From a virus (Duplodnaviria > Caudoviricetes), in the IMG/VR virus record IMGVR_UViG_3300032328_000712, positions 1 to 30,232 of that record: a DNA stretch of 30,232 nt. One strand, given 5' to 3'. Shown in pieces: positions 26,501-30,232 of this stretch. Under the pieces are notes generated by a model. The model saw nothing but the letters and a program-made list of their open reading frames with translations. It was not told where the DNA came from and searched no databases. The translations under genes were made by a program, and so were the position numbers. Numbering within the stretch: position 1 is the first letter of the stretch; every line of letters starts with the position of its first letter.

Positions 26501-29500
26501 TTTCCACTTGTTTTTGCAAACCTTTCATCAAATGGTGATCTTACTCCAAACATTGGAGATGAGGTTTCTGGGTGAGCAAACTTAATAAACTCTTGAACTG
26601 GTGATTCTAAACCAAATATAGATCTTGTTAGTGCTGAAGCGATTGCTTCAATTCTTGCAGAAGTTGCGGTGTTGTGACCCTTTACAACACTTCTAACTCC
26701 ACCTTGTTCATATATTCCACTTGCTCCAGGAATTGCAGCAGAGCGACCACCAATTCTATCAACTAGATTTCCAATGTCTGTTATTGGCATTCCAGCATAC
26801 ATTCCACTAGTTGCTTCCTGGGAAGTTGCATCCATAATGGATTGAATGTTTTCCATTTTCTTTGAATACTTTTCTGGCATTAATGATTCATCAGCATGGC
26901 TTTGAAGTCTCATCTTACTAGTATCTTCATCAACTAAAGTCATGTTATCTTCATCAAGATAAAATTCTTGCATTAACTTTTGTGTTCTCATAGATATCAT
27001 TGAGGTTAGAAGATGCTCATAACTCTTTGATGCACCGCTAGATTTTCTTAATGCATAAGCATTCATTCTTTGCATTAATTCTGGAGAACCATTGGTTGCT
27101 AGATTAATTGCTTGGCTAATATACTTTCCAGAATTAAGATTGCCCAAAACACTATTAAGATATCCAATTACATGGCTAGAGTCTTTATTTCTTCTGTATG
27201 CTTTTGTTCCTGCAACATCTATTGCTGAGCTATCTGGATTATAAGAGAAATCATTTAAAGACTTAGAAGTTCTTCTTTGAAGCCCAGTAGCATCAGTAAA
27301 CAAGTTTGCTGTGTTGTCTAGAGATACAACTTTTCCACCAGAAATACCTACATTTCCTGGATGAGTATCTGCATTTCCAAGTATTTGTGTAGCAAGCATT
27401 GCTTCAATAGCTTTTTTACCACGAATACCAGATCCTCCACTTTGGAGATCATTAATAAAACTTGAGCCAAGAACAGGCATAGACTTTCCGCCAACATTAG
27501 CATTAAATAATCTTTGATCTATTCCAGTGACATTACTTCCAAATAATCCGCTTCTATATATTTGACTAAATACTGCCTCTGCAATCATTGCATCTTTATT
27601 CATTCCACGATTATTACTTATTTGCTTATAGAATTGTCCAGATTGTGTATCTAAACCAGATATTGGATTATCTTCTGAATTAATTCCACCAAAATCTTTA
27701 AGACTGCTTGGATCAATGTTAACTGTTGGTACTCCTGGGAAAGAGCTACTAGCGTGACTTTGGATTCTTCCACCTATTTGTTTAAATAACGGTATACCTT
27801 TTTGCTTTAAAAATTCTTTTTTCCAGTTTGGCAAAGCATCTACTTTTTCTACAGTACGACCATATTCATTATCTTGTTCAAAGTTTTGAACAAATTTAAG
27901 GCTTGCTGTTATAGACTCTTGTGCAGTTTCTTTGTTTGAAGTATTTGTTGAAATTCCTTCATCTGGATCTTTACCGTCTAAAAAGTCTTGCATGGTATAT
28001 TCATTTTTACCAGATAATGCTAATTTTTCTTCTTCTGAAAATGAAATCAAGCCCATTCTTTCTGCTGCTAGAAGCATAGGTGCGCTAAAAGTAGAATAGC
28101 TTCCTTCATTCTTAATTGCACTTATAGATAAATCACCGCCTTGTTCCTGAACCATTTTTCTTGCTTGTATCATTAACTCAACTATTGCTGTCTGAGGAGC
28201 ACCACTAGAAAATGCCTTATCTATTAACCACCCTTGGTTAACAAACTCACTTTCCTTAAGAGTTACCGATGCCCCCATGCCTTCTCCATAATCTCTTACT
28301 AATTCAAAAGACCTGCTGGCATTGTTACCGCCCTGACTTATTTTATAAGTTTGAGCATTTTCACTTAAGTCTTTTGATTCATCAGCGTGGCTTTGTACTC
28401 TACCACCCTTTTGCATAAGGTCAATAATGTAGTGCTTTGTTCCGATATCTTGGCGGATACCAGAAATAGTTCCAGATGGATTATTTAATACCCATTCTTT
28501 TTCATCAACAGGCTTTCCCATAACTTCTTGAACCATAGCCTTTGAAGATATGTTAAATCCAGTTTGTCCTTGAGCATTTGCAAGCCTAAATATAACTGGA
28601 AGCATTGCCATAGACTCTAATTGTCTATCTACTGCTTTCTTTGAATTAGTGTTTGATGGGTTTGTCCAAGACTCAATAAACTTATTATAGTTTGAAATAT
28701 CTGGAATAGTAGAAAATGATTGCATATCTGACCATTGGATTTTCTTTCCCATAGCCTTTTCAAACATTCCATTCTTGATGTACATTAGAAGTTCTCTAGC
28801 ACCTACACCTGAAAACTCATTAGCACCCTTTTCCTTGAGAACCGTTCCTCTAAATAAAGGAATACTTTGTGATATTGGAGCCATACTATTGAGCATTTGC
28901 TGGCGATGACCTTCCATATCCAGTCTTTTCATAACACCAGTATTGGCTCTAAATTGATTTGAATTATGTCCAGCTATCCAGTCAGCATATGCCTTTTGTT
29001 GTGGGTCGTTAATGCTTCTTAAAATATTAGAAGTTTGTGAGCCAGCACTATTACCACCAAAAGTTGTACTATTTAATGCAGAAAATACTGCTGCTTCTTT
29101 TTCTGACTTAAAAGGATATCCATAAATATTACGAGATCCACCTACTCCTGCTCTGCCCATTGCTTGATAAGAAACTTGAGGGAGTGGACCAACAAATGGA
29201 TTTTCACCACCAAGATTATACCTCAAACTACTTTGATATTTTTCGTTAAGATATGGATTCATATCATCTCTCATTAATACAGGCAATCTTCCACCTTGAG
29301 AGGAAATTCTATCATATTCAGATTTTTGCATAACTTTTCCATTAGCAAGAACTAAATGTTTTGATTGGTCAAACTTAAATCCTTCGACTGGATATGATGC
29401 AGAATAATTAAACGATGTGGAGGTATCTGCATATCCTGGCATTCTTCCACCATTTTGGAATCGTGGTGCAGACTGGAAATTAATCTGATCTAATGTTCCA

Positions 29501-30232
29501 GAATATTTAGCTGCTGCTTTTTTATTTACAACATACTCTCCTGGCTCAAGCATTGCAGGAACTTTGTCTCCGTCTCCAGAACCTGGAACCCAAGGAGAAC
29601 CACCTCTTTGTAGTTTTGCTGGTGGGGGAGCAACATCAGTTCCAGTTATTGGTGAAGATTTTGGAGGAATTGGCATTTGCCTATTTAAAAATGCTGGATT
29701 TAAACTAATTGCATCTGCAAGATTTTGTTTGTAAATTCCAAGTGCTTGATTAAGTCTTTCAACACTTGATCTTTCTACATCAAATGAGTTTGCTAATTGC
29801 TCTGTTGCTTTAGCAGCCATAATTTGGGTATCGGTAAGCATCTCAAACTTTTGAGTTGGAATACCTGCCATACGTCTACCAAGATTAACCATACCCATAG
29901 CACCCTTGCCAATATATCCAAGGAAGTTAGAGAAAATACCAACCATCATAATAATTGGACCAGCAATAGCAGTTAAACCTGTTGCCACTTTAATAAATGA
30001 TTTTACTGGCTTTGGAAGGTTTTCAAAAAACTCAATAGCTTTTTGAATCTTGCCCATTACATTTTCAAGAATCGGTGTAATTGCAGAAGTAATAGATCCA
30101 CCAATAGTGATAAACTGAGCCTTAATTCCTTCAATAGCACGTTGGAAACGCTTTGAAGAGCTATTCATCAAAGTATCCATTTCCTGATATGCAGTTGCTG
30201 CAAGTTCTTTACTTGATTGACCCATAAGTCCA
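20506..30232 (-). CDS. Tape measure protein carrying multiple enzymatic cargo domains (5'-truncated, >3239 aa)
   Basis: Frame stays open to the window edge (GGA CTT before ATG 30225). Amphipathic/hydrophobic TMP-like helices (GLTAIAGPIIMMVGIF; FLGFLGGPMGMIA), a long coiled coil, C-terminal FASGG..GPGTGTSDSIP..SNGEYIM motif, and position upstream of the Dit-like and hub genes. Confidence 0.9.
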   Translation of the reverse strand, partial: GLMGQSSKELAATAYQEMDTLMNSSSKRFQRAIEGIKAQFITIGGSITSAITPILENVMGKIQKAIEFFENLPKPVKSFIKVATGLTAIAGPIIMMVGIFSNFLGYIGKGAMGMVNLGRRMAGIPTQKFEMLTDTQIMAAKATEQLANSFDVERSSVERLNQALGIYKQNLADAISLNPAFLNRQMPIPPKSSPITGTDVAPPPAKLQRGGSPWVPGSGDGDKVPAMLEPGEYVVNKKAAAKYSGTLDQINFQSAPRFQNGGRMPGYADTSTSFNYSASYPVEGFKFDQSKHLVLANGKVMQKSEYDRISSQGGRLPVLMRDDMNPYLNEKYQSSLRYNLGGENPFVGPLPQVSYQAMGRAGVGGSRNIYGYPFKSEKEAAVFSALNSTTFGGNSAGSQTSNILRSINDPQQKAYADWIAGHNSNQFRANTGVMKRLDMEGHRQQMLNSMAPISQSIPLFRGTVLKEKGANEFSGVGARELLMYIKNGMFEKAMGKKIQWSDMQSFSTIPDISNYNKFIESWTNPSNTNSKKAVDRQLESMAMLPVIFRLANAQGQTGFNISSKAMVQEVMGKPVDEKEWVLNNPSGTISGIRQDIGTKHYIIDLMQKGGRVQSHADESKDLSENAQTYKISQGGNNASRSFELVRDYGEGMGASVTLKESEFVNQGWLIDKAFSSGAPQTAIVELMIQARKMVQEQGGDLSISAIKNEGSYSTFSAPMLLAAERMGLISFSEEEKLALSGKNEYTMQDFLDGKDPDEGISTNTSNKETAQESITASLKFVQNFEQDNEYGRTVEKVDALPNWKKEFLKQKGIPLFKQIGGRIQSHASSSFPGVPTVNIDPSSLKDFGGINSEDNPISGLDTQSGQFYKQISNNRGMNKDAMIAEAVFSQIYRSGLFGSNVTGIDQRLFNANVGGKSMPVLGSSFINDLQSGGSGIRGKKAIEAMLATQILGNADTHPGNVGISGGKVVSLDNTANLFTDATGLQRRTSKSLNDFSYNPDSSAIDVAGTKAYRRNKDSSHVIGYLNSVLGNLNSGKYISQAINLATNGSPELMQRMNAYALRKSSGASKSYEHLLTSMISMRTQKLMQEFYLDEDNMTLVDEDTSKMRLQSHADESLMPEKYSKKMENIQSIMDATSQEATSGMYAGMPITDIGNLVDRIGGRSAAIPGASGIYEQGGVRSVVKGHNTATSARIEAIASALTRSIFGLESPVQEFIKFAHPETSSPMFGVRSPFDERFAKTSGKIGAGDFFMQALSAIIRGDSDLQPDNLYDGIVVDQGAGYGSDRASQPRGLTGKKFSVQDQAKVNFLMQKGGARRWFTEATAGIAQGMTREQYIAGFMQAISTAQANFPAAMASLAGMNLTKEEQQIFGVLAGDLQAAQGIDWGSVYDSHIGVVPEVKKPPTEAAAAKALLTKQANKEEYEKATAAGYPSWMGYALGGRVNGYAEGLGKQGKSLTTIFGRMNPPHAGHGILLDAASAWAQSTGSDFKFDLDSKEGDPKNPLSLNEKYSLFKMMFPQYAANLQPPSSGTKITDKLQGWVNNGYTSADIFLGEDQAGKFKNFLPRSAEKLGLKATIHSVARPEGAMSATALRAAIEAKDLQSIMSFIPGNIAPEQRDAIAKKLAGISIPQSKEKRLKSAAGGYFAHIVPGTNVGQNINLKYPLGFDVPKEINDKLNNDEALVRKETLMEKFFNSAGSTQTMKQAFRAFSKQHPESDIKEGYENTIKQSMQIGLQDAPEMLNDKILYREALDEDPIEKAFNTFKRYKYLAGYRANASIKMLEDAGFTQDGDIYTAPGPDKDLKVRAFRTDSGRLKLVHPETGENMWGSPSQSKTTRSVPDKYPLLNYFMNQKQMGGRINGYATETTTWAKKAAAPKAYAGVLQGIPNWATRDAEYQAIVSALQNAGIPESDRLASFYIQDVLAHINPSTTNANGIYEKVWAAANLMKDSQVYNVFLETLNSRKDIGGLLNPSTVSRVVAASGLAMPVVQAELTKIADGVHPNTANGAKVMMTLARMFPSRTSPGMPIAVAAGMQARLQGNFYDTLGQRALPSNLPNITVRAYDPKGGGAPTSSTQGSRTASSGIVMPSGAIRPGMVMPNIQSISSAAGGFRGTGTGATVKVDAMGNVLSSGIDDMVANTVTGQPIAVSSKELLAIAPGGGIAGVTSPGDEARGNIVHPMGTALMRGGKFQRLRGYANTTVTSGLDFVEGQSAATKQQETQPTFQGNIAAGRMDKFAASIGFLTSGAYTLQTAFQQFTATAQDGADKFTKMAAATTLAITSIQGVAQMLVDNEKVQAMKDKAASMQAPGSSKMSSGMGKLLGGGAKFLGFLGGPMGMIATSAAIAGVNKGIAMYQEAVQKAKAAGQAMFKDPIEGAKLLGITLKDTSAIAQTYSKIATSLGMKGTGKGAYDKTYAEVVKKDYGDLIDSLKFVLNQEEKRNKLLLTYINLTQKGFSKEDAKAYVQEIARQSGAMSAFNSINVDSLKTTTDIADQTVASTKALVSSIGKVDPNLIGKYINKKTGTIYDTEEAMKAAFSQQSAMTKITSTFNPANLNDYGDFTQINEDTPKELTAGILGTMSSLGLDEKQLGEAIAGSLKTAYSIAATDPSAANQAGAMIIENIANGTQAQQDAANGAILEMLKEAGASNADLGYSFVQGGGLTKMAKDAENKFAGMGPKFANAITSAIQSGNINLVNDLIKNSGGDPSPEAMQTFVNQLAKIQALAKIDLEVDIQLEQTKKQLELIKTELGKTFDILIAAKQAEVEIENKRHEQAMKNLDNEAKRLNDKKDILQRNTDYYIKELEREKQAEDYYANQRKTGLSGLKAISGGDVFGFIGAQMDAASSADQFGRDRSMQAIQETSDAAQRKLDEDLRAIDNRREAEAARHEAELANIEAEIEFLNKKRAVSVGAAEKAISKIEKVVAMSPSDPGYAAAVREAMSLATNAGMQASQVLQNADTSSMTDQERKDFNKVKEDLGLAIETFNSDKETALGVLGQDVEAITKNIADSLGAAGDVLGGVVDSLNQPVKPGSAIAKVAELAGINVGTAQGGVTGGATAGNTTKPVSSSVSAPTKSNYFVNTGASGRAIAPNFASGGMLSGPGTGTSDSIPIMASNGEYIMNASAVKAYGPKFMDKINAKKFASGGFIGSMPTMSIAPGMAAGGSVPMPSISAPPTPSYNIPSAGGGMAPAPIAQMARGGQITSNSSNINSSPVMNFNGAGMDMVMHHVNKAVGGRISSNSRRIG
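24030..24648 (-). other. TMP cargo module 7: HNH/His-Me-finger nuclease-like domain (putative)
   Basis: LAHINP...W..ANL...YN (24376-24471) matches H-I-x-P...N-L...N spacing of HNH motifs, without Zn cysteines. Confidence 0.5.
24682..25305 (-). other. TMP cargo module 6: possible degenerate His-Me-finger domain
   Basis: FAHIVPG...LGFDVPKEINDKLN at the module start; the remainder is unrecognised. Confidence 0.3.
25330..25893 (-). other. TMP cargo module 5: HxGH nucleotidyltransferase (cytidylyltransferase/NMN adenylyltransferase-like)
   Basis: FGRMNPPHAGH (25822-25854), KNPLS, FLGEDQ, MSATALR. Confidence 0.88.
25930..26892 (-). other. TMP cargo module 4: HipA/PI3-PI4-kinase-like domain
   Basis: GASGIY, VVK, helix-C E (RIEAIASAL), GLESP, catalytic loop GDSDLQPDN (26425-26451), VVDQG. 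Confidence 0.7.
26917..27750 (-). other. TMP cargo module 3: HipA/PI3-PI4-kinase-like domain
   Basis: FYKQ, helix-C E (IAEAVFSQIY), catalytic loop LGNADTHPGN (27352-27378), metal-binding SLDN. Confidence 0.8.
27787..28383 (-). other. TMP cargo module 2: unknown ~200-aa domain, weakly GNAT-like
   Basis: Bounded by two GGRxQSHA linkers; strand-helix-strand-helix order WLIDKAF / IVELMIQARKM / SYSTFSAPMLLAAERMG. Confidence 0.3.
28417..29427 (-). other. TMP cargo module 1: R-S-E clade ADP-ribosyltransferase (VIP2/Alt/Mod-like)
   Basis: LFRG (R at 28849-28851), SFST (28708-28719), VIFRL strand, EKEWVL (28486-28503), in canonical order. Confidence 0.8.

Noticed and set aside
23647-29460. Cargo region considered as inteins or homing endonuclease insertions
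   Set aside because: No Cys/Ser-start and His-Asn-end splice junctions or LAGLIDADG motifs occur at module boundaries; the boundaries carry the GGRxx[GS][YH]A motif instead.
1-30232. tRNA, rRNA, integrase, transposase or diversity-generating retroelement
   Set aside because: Intergenic gaps are too short, and I saw no cloverleaf, recombinase, reverse transcriptase or template/variable repeat pair by eye.

Overview
This is a low-GC (AT-rich) tailed-phage genome segment, probably siphovirus-like, with all credible genes on the minus strand. In reading direction (right to left) it contains a giant tape measure protein (TMP; >3239 aa, 5'-truncated by the window), tail-tip, baseplate and fibre genes, and then a metallophosphoesterase, small regulators and a bacterial-type replisome (DnaB, DnaG, gp32-like SSB, 3'-truncated DnaE). 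The standout feature is the TMP. About 1,900 aa of its middle is a string of seven globular 'cargo' modules: an R-S-E ADP-ribosyltransferase, an unknown or GNAT-like domain, two HipA/PI3-4K-like kinases, an HxGH nucleotidyltransferase and two HNH-like domains. The modules are delimited by a recurring linker, GG-R-x-x-[GS]-[YH]-A. This suggests a virion-injected, possibly proteolytically processed and shuffleable effector polyprotein. Also seen: two sigma70/SigA promoters embedded in terminator-like hairpins, and three probable leaderless genes, which hint at an actinobacterial host (inference). All family calls come from reading motifs by eye; no database searches were run.
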